DNA of 64,000 nucleotides from Balanoglossus misakiensis (lineage: Eukaryota; Animalia; Hemichordata): the NCBI GenBank assembly GCA_040954595.2, contig CM082580.2:10394390-10458389 (forward strand). The letters are read 5' to 3'. The translations under genes were made by a program, and so were the position numbers. The notes beneath the pieces were generated by a model. The model had not been told where the DNA came from. It saw only the letters and a list, made by a program, of their open reading frames with translations, and did not search any database. Shown in pieces: positions 14,220 through 25,950 of this stretch; the first letter of the stretch is position 1, and each line of letters opens with the position of its first letter.

Positions 14220-17006
14220 TACCTGTGGTATCAAATGGAATTTGTTGACACTGGTCTTCATGGTCGAACGATGCGGGGCACTTGAAAACGGCCCCTCCTC
14301 TGGTTACGTTCGGTTGGTCGGTTTGTGCTTCGGGTGCTCCAATTACCAACCTGGTCAGTGGGAGATTCAGAGAGTTACGTGAGAGAGAAAAATCATATCT
14401 CTTTCAAGAGCGCCACTGCACACCACCGAATTTTCTTTTTCCTAGATAATTACAACAAAAATATAGCGACAATTGGAGGGTCAATCGTCATCGTTACGGC
14501 AACATACTTTGATTTTCGACGTAAAGTGCAGTCCTCGATTAAAAAAAAATACACAAGGTTCAAAACAAAATCCTCAAATTAATATTTCGATAAAACTGAA
14601 AAGAAATGGTTTATTATCAATGCAAAAGGACGAGATGAGATTTGAATCTTGCGCGCATATGCACGAAAGCCGTACACGGAGTTACCATGGCAACGCCTGC
14701 GTCGAACCGAATGCAACAAAACAAAATATCCTCCCACGGATCTGAGACACGAATTTCCGGATGAAATGTAGTCATTAACTGGAAATCGACGGTCGTGATT
14801 GTCTTTGACGACCATGATTACCCCCTCCTCGCCGCCCCCGGTTGGATGGCTCCGCTCATTTCCGCGGACGGCGGAGCTCCGAGGGTTCGGAAACACCGGC
14901 GTGATTTCCCGAGTCGCAATTTATTTTTGTTATTGGGGTCAGGCGATGAGCACCAACATAGTGGGTATGGGAATCTTGATTATAGCTCCAAGAGAATAGT
15001 TCTCCTTAATTGGAGGGGGGTGCAGAGACAAGATGATGTGAGGGGGTGATGGGGATCATTAGACGGAGGGGTAGGTGACCTATACAAGAACCGTCACACA
15101 CCCCTTAAGCCATAAATCACCCCCGTGAAAGCTAACCAGGTAAATGCGTTTTAAAGTAATTAACAAAACACGCAAACAGTCGGAGTCAATTTTCATCAAT
15201 AAATAAAGCTCATGTCGAGGAAAGAGGACGCTTTGAAGTTGGATGCGAGGGAAACGCGCGTATACGTACACAGATTCCACGGGATCATCACGGTATTCAA
15301 GCTCGGCTCCAAGAGACTGGATGCACAGAAAGGTTAGATGATGGTAAGTGCTCCAAATCGGAGACGACGCCAAGAATATTTCCGGAGTGCCGCATTTTGG
15401 GACACAACACGCAATAGTTCGCTTTCACTGTTTTACGTCATAATAGGGGTATAATGTGCGGCGGCTATAATCGACGTAATTTCATTAATGCAGATTTCTA
15501 TGAAATAATTTAATTTTCGTTCCGCAGTAATTGCACCAAAGAGTAAATGCTTAGAGAGTATTTAGGCTAATGTGTATTTATGTATATATTTAGTTAGGCC
15601 GCACTTTTTACCGATAATGCGAACTTTCTTCGATGTCAGATACAAGAAGACAAGACTTTCGCCTTGGGAAATGCACCAAGATGGTGGCAAATACAGCAAA
15701 TGCTCCCGAAGAACAAAACCGACTCACGGAGAGTATTGGCGCCAGAGCTTCCTATTCACGTCGCATTCATGGGCGATTTAGTATTGAACTTGAGCAGTGG
15801 CCTTGAAGTCGTTCGAAATGGACGGCACTAATATCAGGATGTGCGGCGAATGACTCTCTTGGCGAACTTAACAGTCACGTTTCGCATCAGATGCGCCTAC
15901 GCACGCATACGTGTACAGGGATCCGTGCGCCCCCTTGGCGACGGCGAATACTCAAACCAGAGCCGAGCCGTTCGAAAATCATTGTCGGGCAACCACGCAT
16001 AATTACTCCAGTGCGCGTCATACAAAACGATTTCGATCGTGGCACCGATCGCTTGTCGTGGACGATCAGTGTAAAACGTCGAGCCGACAATGAGAAGGTG
16101 AGATCGATGAAGACTTGGTAATAATATGTAGGCCATCTAATCATGTTTGCTTGTTAAAATGCAAAAGTTTCAAGAGAAGGCTTATTTCAAAATTTAGATT
16201 TGGAAAAGAAGCGAAAACTTTCAAATGAAGTGATCTAAAAAATTAGGATGTATTGGTAGAATATCAACGTTTGAGTGAAGTTCTCGAAAAGTCATCAGTA
16301 AATTTTCTGATGTCAAAAGCAAACGTTATATTAATATCTTTGTTCAATTTTGCAAATTATGAACATTAATCTAACTGAAATTTCGACTGATGTCGTACAC
16401 ATTTGAAAAGGACCAGCGCAAATCGGTACTGGCAACTTTAAAAAAAGAATCCGCTGTTTTCATGTACATGTGTATAAGTATTAAAGAAATCCAGGCTTGT
16501 TGCATGGATAAACATTGGAATTGATCATCACCGCCATTCATTAAGATAAGACATTGGTAATTCCCACAACGTATTTAGTATCCGTAGGAAATCCTGAACA
16601 CGCACGTAAAAAGAGATCATCCCAGAAGACTTTGGCGTAGTATTTGATCCAGTAGCGTTCGTCCGAAAAAAAAAGTGTCATCAACATTCGCACGCGATAG
16701 TTGTGGAAAAGTGAAATCTTATCAGAGACTCGAGAAGGGGCGACATAATCCTTATGACAATTGCCATATTTCACAAATCAAGTGATCACGAGTGATTGTT
16801 CAAGAGATTCCGAAACGTTCGGGTGAATTGTACGGGGGGACTTACCACTTGGCGCCCGGCGTCTCGTGCAGCGACACGGAGAAACCGAACAAGCTCCTAT
16901 CCGGGCCTGCGTGAATCACAGGCATGGACGTGTCCACGTTAAATCCATGTATTACAGCGGGCAACACACTAAATATCCAAAAGTGAACCTGGCTTAGAGT
17001 TGTCAT
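384..17006 (-). CDS. ITGA8-like: Integrin alpha subunit (no I-domain, alphaV/alpha5/alpha8-type), 5' partial gene: 8 coding exons join(16846-17006,14223-14350,13591-13724,11510-11642,9101-9162,5377-5425,2570-2668,384-472); continues beyond window start
   Basis: The spliced translation gives a signal peptide + FNVD mature start, FG-GAP beta-propeller motifs (FGFSV, LVIGAP, GAVFKC, KSHQWFGATV, ACAPR, GFCQAG, GSYWWQGQI, SYLGYSVAVGEF..DDYVAGVP). All introns are GT-AG and phases are compatible (2,1,0,1,0,1,1,0). Clade assignment is from recalled similarity to vertebrate alphaV/5/8; it is likely a pro-ortholog rather than a 1:1 ortholog. Confidence 0.95.
2570..2668 (-). CDS. Integrin alpha coding exon 7
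   Basis: (G)QIYSQSLNSRQKLSSHIEGPKTDDYGDDYSYL(G); acceptor TTTTTACAG, donor G|GTGAGT. Confidence 0.92.
5170..5313. mobile_element. Small MITE, Kolobok-like, in integrin intron 6
   Basis: TTAA-GGTAGTACATGCCT ... AGGTACGCACTACC-TTAA (11/14 inverted match). Confidence 0.7.
5377..5425 (-). CDS. Integrin alpha coding exon 6
   Basis: NKKHLAMGAVGSYWWQ(G); acceptor CTCCACAG, donor AAG|GTGAGT; 49-nt exon. Confidence 0.92.
9101..9162 (-). CDS. Integrin alpha coding exon 5
   Basis: (H)ELKTDRLGFCQAGISADVTK; acceptor TTTTCAACAG, donor AAG|GTGAGT. Confidence 0.92.
11510..11642 (-). CDS. Integrin alpha coding exon 4
   Basis: ACAPRRYVYKANIPMMRHDRFLIGTCFTTNSDFSDFEEHSPCPT; acceptor TTCCAG, donor C|GTAAGT; frame not in the ORF track, read by hand. 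Confidence 0.93.
13217..13430. mobile_element. MITE with GGG..CCC ends (PIF/Harbinger-like) in integrin intron 3
   Basis: GGGAGAACCATTTGATTTC ... GAAATCAACTGGTTCTCCC (18/19), followed by TAA. Confidence 0.75.
13591..13724 (-). CDS. Integrin alpha coding exon 3
   Basis: (G)VPYVESSNGRENLPLKYGQKPIPEKSHQWFGATVKSSGRNGVIA; acceptor TTTTGACAG, donor GCG|GTACGT. Confidence 0.92.
14034..14139. promoter_or_regulatory. Intronic enhancer-like motif cluster in integrin intron 2
   Basis: YY1 CAAGATGGCCGCC 14034, CRE TGACGTCA 14054, octamer ATGCAAAT 14079, E-box GTCACGTGAC 14098, kB-like GGGGTATTCCCC 14111, ETS CAGGAAGTG 14131, all within ~105 bp. Confidence 0.6.
14141..14217. repeat. (AG)~38 microsatellite immediately after the integrin exon 2 donor
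   Basis: Pure dinucleotide run; explains the spurious ERER/SLSL ORFs. Confidence 0.98.
14223..14350 (-). CDS. Integrin alpha coding exon 2
   Basis: (W)LVIGAPEAQTDQPNVTRGGAVFKCPASFDHEDQCQQIPFDTT; acceptor CCAG, donor G|GTACAT. Confidence 0.93.
16846..17006 (-). CDS. Integrin alpha coding exon 1 (signal peptide, FNVD, first FG-GAP start)
   Basis: ATG at 17006; MTTLSQVHFWIFSVLPAVIHG-FNVDTSMPVIHAGPDRSLFGFSVSLHETPGAK; donor TG|GTAAGT, phase 2. Confidence 0.93.
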
Positions 17007-20000
17007 CGCGTCAATACAAAACCGCGCGCTGGATCGGCAGATTCCAATGGTATATCCCCCAAACTCGTACTCACGAGTCACACACTAAACAAGCAATCCA
17101 TAGCGCTACCGTGAACTGACTGAGCATAGCTAGACAAGTATACACTCTATGAATGGACCACATGCTAATAAGGGGGCGTATACTTTCCCCGATAATAATA
17201 TGATATTAATGAGAAAACGTCGCCGCCCTCGATGGCTGTCATGGTTTTTGGCGGTTGTTTAATTTCAAGGTAATGCATTCATCGTTATTTTTACTTTCCA
17301 GCGAAAGTCCAAAATGATGATATCGATTTGATAACGTCTGCCGCGGTGACATTATTTTCACTGATACCGTCAGAGGCGCGGTGTATATTTTGTATATTTT
17401 TGGATGAGAAATATAACCCACACAAAATTGATGAAATTAAAATTAAAAGTGTTCGCGCACAATAACGGGAACGATGCCAAGTATAATCAAACTGATAAAA
17501 AAACGGACGACCTAGAAAGTGGTCACCAAGGCAACTATTCTCAAAAGGTCGACACGTACGCATCGCATAAAGATGCGTGGCTGGGTCTTCTGTAGCATTG
17601 ATCCAATCTGGCTCATACAGCGCAGTAGTCTTTCCAGGGCTGGGTTTCAATTGATAGCGCCCTCGGTCGATCGATGTTCACGGTGACCTCTTAAGAACGG
17701 GTCATTTTAGGTCAACGAGGACATCCTTTAGGATTGCTTTGGTCAAAGTGGAATTTTTCATGTTTATAGAGCATTCAGGTAGTGCTCTGTTCATCAGCTC
17801 AGCCTGTTAGAAGCATTGCTTTGAATTTGTCATTATTGACAATCGTCAACAATAATAGGATAGAACCTAGGCTATGTAGTATTCTATCGGATGATCAAGG
17901 CACCAAGCTTATTCGCAAACTGACAATAGGGGGCGTGAGAAAGTCGAGTCATTATTTTCATCATAGCCGATATCATTTCGGACGATGCGAAACGAACAAA
18001 ATAAAATACCATCTGATTTTGGCTAATAAATACAAAAAACACACACAACGAATTCTTATTTGTAGGGTATTATCAACAAGCAGATTTTAGTATCACTACA
18101 CGAGGCATGTGATCAGTCTGACCAAATATATTTCGAAAAGAAATACAGTTCAAGTAAATTAGAGTAACAAAGAAGCTAATGGTTTGACCACGATGGAAAA
18201 AAGTTGTGATCTCTCATGGTGACACGCTTTGTCGAGTTCCTCCGAATGTACGTCATCAGAATGAGCTTATCCATGTCACATTGCAGCTAGCAACATAATA
18301 CTGGCTTCCATGAATGGTAGATGGGCCCTATAAATAATTCACGAAATGCTCAATCCAGCACTACCGTTGCTGATGTAAATTTAAAACACAGGGATGAAGA
18401 TCTTACACGACCGAATGTTCTTCTTTCACATCAAAGCCAGGCAACGGCTCCTGAACATCCTTTAATTACAGCCAAACTCCAGGTTTGCTGTACTCTGTAT
18501 AATGCGCTATAATAAACAAAAATGGTACCATTATTTCAAAATCGCAGCAGAGAGAAACCCCGCGACTCGGAGTGCAACGCCTGGGAGAAGCATCACATTT
18601 ATGCGGAGTTTGCTGCAGCTGCGCGCGTTTATATGGCCCGGACGGCAAATCCGCCGGCTCGCGATCAAGTAACCCCCCTCCCCCCTCCAACCTTCCAAAA
18701 TTGTTCGTTTTTCTTTGTTCTCACACGGCATAAAATATTAAAACCCAAATAATTTGAGTGCTTTCTGAATAATTGACGCCGAGCCGGTTAGATCCAAGAC
18801 TCCGTTGCTGGCGGACATCAATTTCACAGATCAGCAGCTAATCTCACGGCTGGGATTTGCATAATTTTTAAACATCTTCTCATATCCTCATCCGTATTTC
18901 GTTTCGTTTCTGAAAAGATGGGATCTCAAAGATGAGTCATATGGGAACCGAAAGGCGGAAAAATTATAACGTGGGGGAGTTTTGAATAGCAAACCGATTG
19001 GGCTTAATTCCTCATGTCCAAACACGAAACAATACTTTCGCCCTGTACTGGGCAGTGGTGGTTATTACTACCACGATCTTATACACGCAGTGATACTTTC
19101 AACTGTGCCAGGATTTTGAACTTTTGAATAAAAACACACTGCGGTGTTTTGTGAGTTTTGACTCCCTATCTCCAGATCTTGCGGTAGACTCATTAACCAT
19201 GGAAACCACGTGTAGGGGAAAACAATGTGTACACACTACGTCAAGGTGGTTTTCGATCAGTTTGTAATAATACAGTGGGCAACTTCCTCTTTGACGACCT
19301 ACTAGCACAATATACACAATATCAAAACATGGCAGACTGATTTGCTAGTGCATTTAGTCTTACGGTGTGCTGCCGACCTGTCAGAAACGCAATACACTTA
19401 CATGATACAGAAATTTACGACTCTACGAGATGAGAGAGTATATACACAAAACGTTGCCATGGGAATGAACGCGACGTGACCTGGCTGAGGATTGCGTAGT
19501 TTTGCCGACAGGGAGGACACCCGGGGAACAGGAAATTAGTGGAGGTTGTTCATCTTCCTTTGAATCGCGAATTATTGTCTCCGTGTCTTATCACATGGTT
19601 TTCGATATCTCCTTGCTGGTGTTACAAACGTGGCAAAATGTCTGCCCGGTTGCTATGCTTATTCACACATGGAGATTCATTCAATATGTTTGCCCGCTAA
19701 TGGATCACATGCGACTTGTTTTTCCGATTGCTTGTGAAAGTCGTTTTGAAAGCGCTGTAGATGTTCCGTTAGGAGCAGCATCTACGTAACGGAGATAATA
19801 GTATCTGGTATGAAAAAAAATCAAATAACATGGGGGTGCCAGAAAAAAGCCCTGCATTTAAAATTACAATCACGAACTCAGGTATGTGTTAGCTGAACTT
19901 CCATATTTTCTTTGTGCGCTATTACTCGTGTCACATTTTGCCCGAGGCGAATCGCCATCGACGGGGTCGGATAGATGGAAACGATCGACCACAATAGACG

Positions 20001-20264
20001 CACCGACGGCGGAGCAAGAAACGGAACGAATCGACCACAGCTGATTCACTGATACGCCAAGTAATATGGAATCGACTCTCCAACGATTATCAGCATGTCG
20101 CCAACTATCTGGAGTACGCCTAAAGTGTATTGATTGGCGAGCGGTGACAATAAGTCTGCCAGATACTTTACTTCGTGCTTTTTAGACAAGAACTGTCGTG
20201 TTTTTTTCTCATTTCGTTTGGAGTGAAATTAGCTTTATTAGTTCGAATTCAAGTGGTGGGTTTT

Positions 20265-20997
20265 TTATTGGTAAACTATTTCGTCAGTCGCGACGCAGTC
20301 CACTGCATGTAGTCTCTCCCGCATAGTCTCAATCCCGTTTGTTTTCGTGTCAGACCTGACAGTGATATGATACTCGATTTCTTGGGTGTGGAACTTATGC
20401 TTCCTCCTGACAGACTGTTGTCTGTGAGTATCACGTGGCGTTGAATCCCTGGATCGAATCACAATGCAGATCCGAATAAACCAGGTCGCCGCTGACGTAC
20501 TTGTAGTAGGCCAGTCAATTGTACAACTAGTAAAGAAAAACAGTAATATTTACAATTAATGGAATCAGAGTTGGCCGACCATATGGTATCTGGTCCGACC
20601 TGTGACCGGTATAAAACGGCTACCGATCATCATGGGAGCTAGTAGGTGAAATTTTGATTGGTCAAAACCGGACCAACCACCAGAATTTCCTTAAAAATAC
20701 GCATCGGGAGCTAGCCTATAACTTCGAACAAGAATCACTGTGGTGACATAAGAGTCAACAGGTTGCCTACCACAATCTGGCGAAGTTCAACAACCCGCAA
20801 AAAATGTAGATAGCGATACTTGACAAAATAGAAATGAGAAGACCAACACCGACCAAACAAGAATTGGCAAAACAATAATTGATCATATTGAAAATTGAGA
20901 CGTTTGGCTCAACTGCAATATTCGCTGGGATGAATCTAACAGGTATGCCGGATGGCTTATCACATATCTCTGACGTCATATCCCATTCGATGAACAT
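20265..20997 (-). pseudogene. Possible decayed class A (rhodopsin-like) GPCR fragment
   Basis: Short N-terminus with an NVS sequon, then IAIYIFCGLLNFA/IVVGNLLTL (TM1 GN motif, with frameshift), /TTVILVRSY..TSAATWFI (ICL1/TM2-like) and IRICIVIRSR..RRKHK (TM5/ICL3-like). Interrupted by a ~210-bp TA-flanked insertion. Confidence 0.42.
20509..20716. mobile_element. Possible small TA-flanked insertion element
   Basis: TA-GGCCAG ... CTAGCC-TA short imperfect inverted ends; removing it joins the GPCR-like frame on both sides. Confidence 0.35.
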
Positions 20998-21359
20998 ACG
21001 GCGTCGTTGGTGAAAAAAAAGAGAAACCGAAGTCTGTATCTTAATTCATGGACCATACTTTCTTTCCAGTCGATTTCAAACGGTAAAATCACGGTCAATC
21101 GGGTCATCAGTTATTCGGAAATGAAGCTTGTAAATATTTTATGAGAAATGCGCGGATTTCCTGATGAAATGCATATTTTATGAGAAAGCGGCCCCATTTT
21201 GGCGACCCAAGATTGGGAATTTCCGCGAAGCATGTCATGTTGAGGCAAAAACTGACTTGTTTATATATAAGTTGATGGTTCAAGCTGTCTGTGTCATCAC
21301 CACCACCACCACCACCATCATCATCGTCGTCATTTATCTCACACGAAAAACTCCGAGTT

Positions 21360-24300
21360 CTTTTAAACAAAATTATTTCACTTAAAGAAAGAACCAGCAT
21401 GTCCTGATTTTGCAGAACTGACACTAAACGGCTGTCTCCCGCTTGATGGCGTGCAAAATGTCTCGTTGACCTCTCGACCCCGCGTGTAAGCGAACGTCAT
21501 CACAACTATTACACGCTCGGCTGATTTCCTTTTATAGTTGTCAAACACGATTCCCCGTTTTTTGCGTGTGAAACTCTTTGGATTTTTTTCAGGGTAATTG
21601 CAGAATTTCTGCAGTTGAGTGTACTGCTCTGAAAGAAACGTGAACACTTGTGAATACACGTAGACTATATTGCTGTCAAAACTGCCTGATTTAAATCCTT
21701 TTTTTTCCAATGATATGAACTTGAAGATTTTACATGCAATATACAAGTTGAACATAGCGCTGATAATATCAAACCTTTGGTGCTTAACCGTATGGCATAT
21801 TGCATAATAAAATCATTCAAATGGGCATGATCGGAGATTAATCACGTGACAAGAACCATCTAAAATTGCGTCATGACACCAGATCATAACTATCATTTTT
21901 ATTGCACACATTGAATTTCATTTTACATCATTGCCTTTCAAATTTGTCACAAAGATATCGACCCAAATTGAGAAAACTCACGCAGGAGTCTTCACGCGGT
22001 CGAAATCAAACCTCTTTACTCAGCTAGCGTTCTCTTTTAAAAAGAAACACACGATAAAACCGCCACCAGTCTTACTTTTCAAACCTCATTTCATCTTGCC
22101 GAGATGCGAGAACCGATCGTATAAGGCTTGCCGCGCGAAGATGATTTCTTTATGTCTAAAGCTTACCATACTTCGGGGGAAAGTCGCGGAAAATTGGCGT
22201 GATTACAATCACTGCCGTGTTTTGCTTGAGGCGGGCCTCCAGGTCAAGCGTTCCTTGAAAAGAAGTCTATTTGCGTGCCACACGTTGAAGTATCAGTAGG
22301 ACAAAAGAGCTCCTAAAGTCTGTAATTACTCTCTCGCGTACGTACGAAATACAGTCTGTTCCAATTAAGGATCTCCTGTGAAAAATAGTGTCCTAGCCAC
22401 CGCCTCGGAGAAGTTAGTTGCGTGGTATTGATCAAATGGGGATACGTGCTCCTTTGCTAAGAGTTTACATTCTGAGAGAGAGAGAAAAAAATCCCTCTGC
22501 ACGAACACATTGATTATAGCGATGCTGTATCTTGCGTCGTGCTGTTATGAATGGGGGACAGTTGAACAATCAGATATTGTAGGCACTTTTGAACCAGTCC
22601 CCGTCGAGTCATCGGTTCAAGGCATAAAATCAATACTGCAATACTGTAAACATTGTTATCAAGATTACAAATTTTACATAGTAAAATTTCGCCATGAATG
22701 ATGTAAATCTCATGCGTGTATGTGTATGTATGTGTGATGTGTGTGTGTGTGTATACATGCAAATCATGTGATCAATATAAGTTTTCTTGTGACTGGAAGA
22801 TGATACGGTAAAATAGGTTATTGAAGTCGTAGCCAAAGTAAAAATCAATAATATGGGGAGAAAACACGAAATAGGTCACTATACCTAAAAATAGTGATTG
22901 TTCTCTCGCTAAATCTCCGAAAGCCTATAAGACGGCAACCTTCACTCCAACTTCTTAAAAGGCTCTAAATTTCAATATCAAATTTGCAGCGGCTCATAAA
23001 TTCAGTAGGCCCACAGTCTGTCCACTAATGCATTCAAGAAAAGCAGTTATAAATCCAGAGTAACTGAGCATGCTATCCAAAGCCTTTTTAATGATCCGAG
23101 ACTATAGTTTCTCTCGATTGTCTGAACGCATATTCTGTCATCTCCATCATTGGTAAACTGAGAGTGGCTGTTTTAACAGGGGAAGAAATACTCTGACGTA
23201 GCTTGCGCGCATCAGAACCCTTCTTCCTTAACTAGCCACCTTCATTAGGTTGAGGATTTCGCCTTCAAACCGAATTTCAAAGCAATCCGCCAGACATGCG
23301 TTTTCGACAAAAAGAAATGGCAGAAATTAAAATACAATTATAGCGATATTTTCACCAGTGCTCGCAACCACATTTCAAAGCGATTGGACAAGCAGTTTCT
23401 CGGAATTAAGTCTTTACCAAAACCGACAAGAATATCCTCATTATACACCGAAGCATCTTTCAAGCCTCGTTTAATGAAGTGTCGGAAATGCACCAGACGT
23501 TTTTTCTCAAGTAAATGCATTTTGAATAGGAGTACGTTTTCACAGTTTGCATGACCTAGGAAAAGGTTTTGCCGCCATCCTAATCGCCATGGACCATTTT
23601 AAAATCTTCAAACACTCAAAACTATAAATACTTGAATAGGGGAAGGCGCGTGGTTGAAATTGCTATGTATAATTTTTTGTCTTTCTTGAGTGAGCACTAA
23701 TTTGGGTGAATGGACGTTCATTTCGTAACCATTGTACTGAGACGTGTGCCTCCAACATATGACGTGTCCTGGTTATAAATTATGATGTGGGGAGAAGGGC
23801 AACATGGCAATCATTTCGAAAAAATTCTTAAAATTTAAGTAGAACACTCTGCTGTCTCGGTAAGCAGCTAAACACAACAATAAGAATGTGAGATAATCAA
23901 TGATTTCAGCTGTTTTTCAGATATATTTCGATCAAACGAATCTTATGACACGTGCATGTCATCAAAACAGCACCGGATCAATTTGTATGGCACCGCGGTA
24001 GGGACCAACTCCTGCGTTCCCAGAGTAATAACAGTAACACACCGGCGATCGAATCTGTATTGGGTAGGAAGTCTGCGTGTGTTCAATTTACTTTCACAGC
24101 ATGTCTCTGCGATTCCACGTGAAATCTGCAGTCTGACACAACCAGTACAAAAAGGGACACCCTTTTAAACTACCGATTGATGCATCGCTCGCTGTACACG
24201 CATCCACTTTGCCGATGATGGACAGATGACACAGAGCAGAGACACGTGGACCGAAGAAAGCTAAAAAAAACCTGACTTGTCTCCGGTATTGAATCATCGC

Positions 24301-24780
24301 TGTCGGTACAATAGTACATATGTACGTTCAGGAAATTTTCGGAACGTGAGTGCTAATCAACGCCAACATATAGACAGCAATGGGATCGTCGCGATGGGCT
24401 AGAAAGCCAGTCACATCCCCATCCCCACCCTCTGACAGTCCAAAGATCCAATCCCGCCAGATCCAATCACGAGAAGTTTATGACTATTACATGTAGATGA
24501 CGTAAAAGGATATAACTGACTGCCTTTTTCTCGTGGACCTACCAGAATTCAATGGCAAAACGTTTCCAGTTATTACAAGGGAACAACAAAAAGCTGAAAA
24601 ATCGACGTCAGACCGTGCGTGACTGATTTCTTCTTCCGCACCCCTTTGTTTGCTCAAATATTTCAATTTCCGAGAATATCAGCAATTTGTCATGGCACAG
24701 TGACTCCCATAGACATTTACGGAAGGGAAATTATGAAAATCGAAAGGATTGTTCCTCTCTACATAGGCCATACCTGATAC
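21360..24780 (+). pseudogene. Heavily decayed, apparently intronless multi-LRR gene with an LRRCT-like end (TLR-ectodomain/SLIT/LRIG-type LRRs)
   Basis: Collinear same-strand LRR fragments broken by stops and frameshifts: NVITTITRSA (~21493), LSKLPD..FSNDMNLKILH (~21672), QIEKTHAGVF (~21964), EIQSVPIKDL (~22346), NLHSNFL (~22937), NRISKQSARHAFS (~23268), NHISKRLDKQFLGIKSL (~23366), GPF*NLQTLKTIN (~23591), LRVFNLLSQHVSAIPREICSLTQ (~24073), FRNVSANQRQHIDSNGI (~24337), C..TPIDIYGREIMKI (~24688). Confidence 0.7.
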
Positions 24781-25029
24781 GCCAATTTTCCACAAATTAC
24801 CATGAAATGAATATCATGATACTTTTGGAACCGGAAAAGAATTTTGCAATAGTTGATGTCAGGCCTTAGGCCTAGGCCTAATAGCTAGGGTACCAATTTA
24901 TCATGTAGGTCCTAAGTCAGTATTTTTCAAGACGATTTTAGTTTTCCTCCTGCGAAATTTCACCATCTTATTTTATAAAAGAAAACGCGACCTAGTTCTA
25001 TTTTCTGAAATCAATCTTAGTGCCGATTG

Positions 25030-25120
25030 CCCGTTGCTATGTTGTGGTCAAGTTAAGGTCGGGGATTCCCTCCACGTGACTTCATTTGCATAACAATAGT
25101 CTAAGGTCACAAGATGGAGA
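25030..25120 (+). promoter_or_regulatory. Promoter/enhancer-like motif cluster
   Basis: RFX half-site GTTGCTATG 25033, NF-kB GGGGATTCCC 25061-25070, E-box CACGTGAC 25073-25080, composite Oct-Sox ATTTGCATAACAAT 25084-25097, AAGGTCA half-site, YY1-like CAAGATGG 25110; donor CAG|GTAATT at 25207. Confidence 0.55.
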
Positions 25121-25950
25121 TTGGAAGAAAAGCGCATATATGATCAAAGGATGTGCGTACCACAGATCGTCGTTTATATCCTCATTACGACTTCTTACTC
25201 CCATCAGGTAATTAATTAGAGCTCTTGATGTTCTGTACATATCGCTAAGTGTGTTTAATACAAATCTATTCTTCTGAAACGAAAATAAGGCGTCCTGTTT
25301 TCAATGACCGAACCATCAAGCGTGGTTCGTGTTCACTTGACATTGCTTGGTCCGGGCTTCCCTCTCTCTGCTTTTACTTTTTAGGTTTTGCCATCAGTGA
25401 ATCGTATTCCATTCAACAAGTCAGAAAGTATGACTGATGAAGTTATGTCACTACAGTACCTCAGATTGTCCATACTTCTGTCAAGGGAGAATAATGTATG
25501 TATTCGTCTTTAATTTCAAGTGTCTTGGAAATTGTCAACAGATGGTTACAGAACATATTGAGATGGATGGTGTCTCGTGGGATTTTAAGAAGTCGGTGCT
25601 TCACTTCAATGATCGATTGAGGTGCTGATGAAGACGGATTATAAATTATTAAAATGAGAAATCTTATAGATTCTTTCCTGGAAATCTGTTGCGTTCGAGT
25701 TATCTTGTAACTAGCATATATGTCATAGGAAAGGAGAGGGGGGGGGGGGCGAGCAAAGAGAGAGAGAAGGAGAGGAAAGAGAGAATAAATAAGTAGTCAT
25801 CACTTTGACTAAACCGAGGGCTTTTCTGTTGAAGCAACGAGGACTGGGATTACAAACAAAATCCCTAGTCTGTTTTAATATTACATGAAGATGGTTTCTG
25901 GATCGCTCTGGGTATCACTAATGGATCTTCTTTTTTTTCTACTTTCTCAG

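Noticed and set aside
13986-14382. ORFs with ERERER / SLSLSL runs
   Set aside because: Translations of the (AG)n microsatellite; only 14223-14350 on the minus strand is a real exon.
15598-15831. ~78-codon plus-strand open frame in integrin intron 1 (..NAPRWWQIQQML..)
   Set aside because: No recognisable domain or supporting exon structure; may be a transposon or gene relic but I cannot support a call.
18230-18510. Protein-like minus-strand frame with several stops (HYTEYSKPGVWL*LKDVQEPLPGFDV..)
   Set aside because: Could not be assigned to any family by eye.
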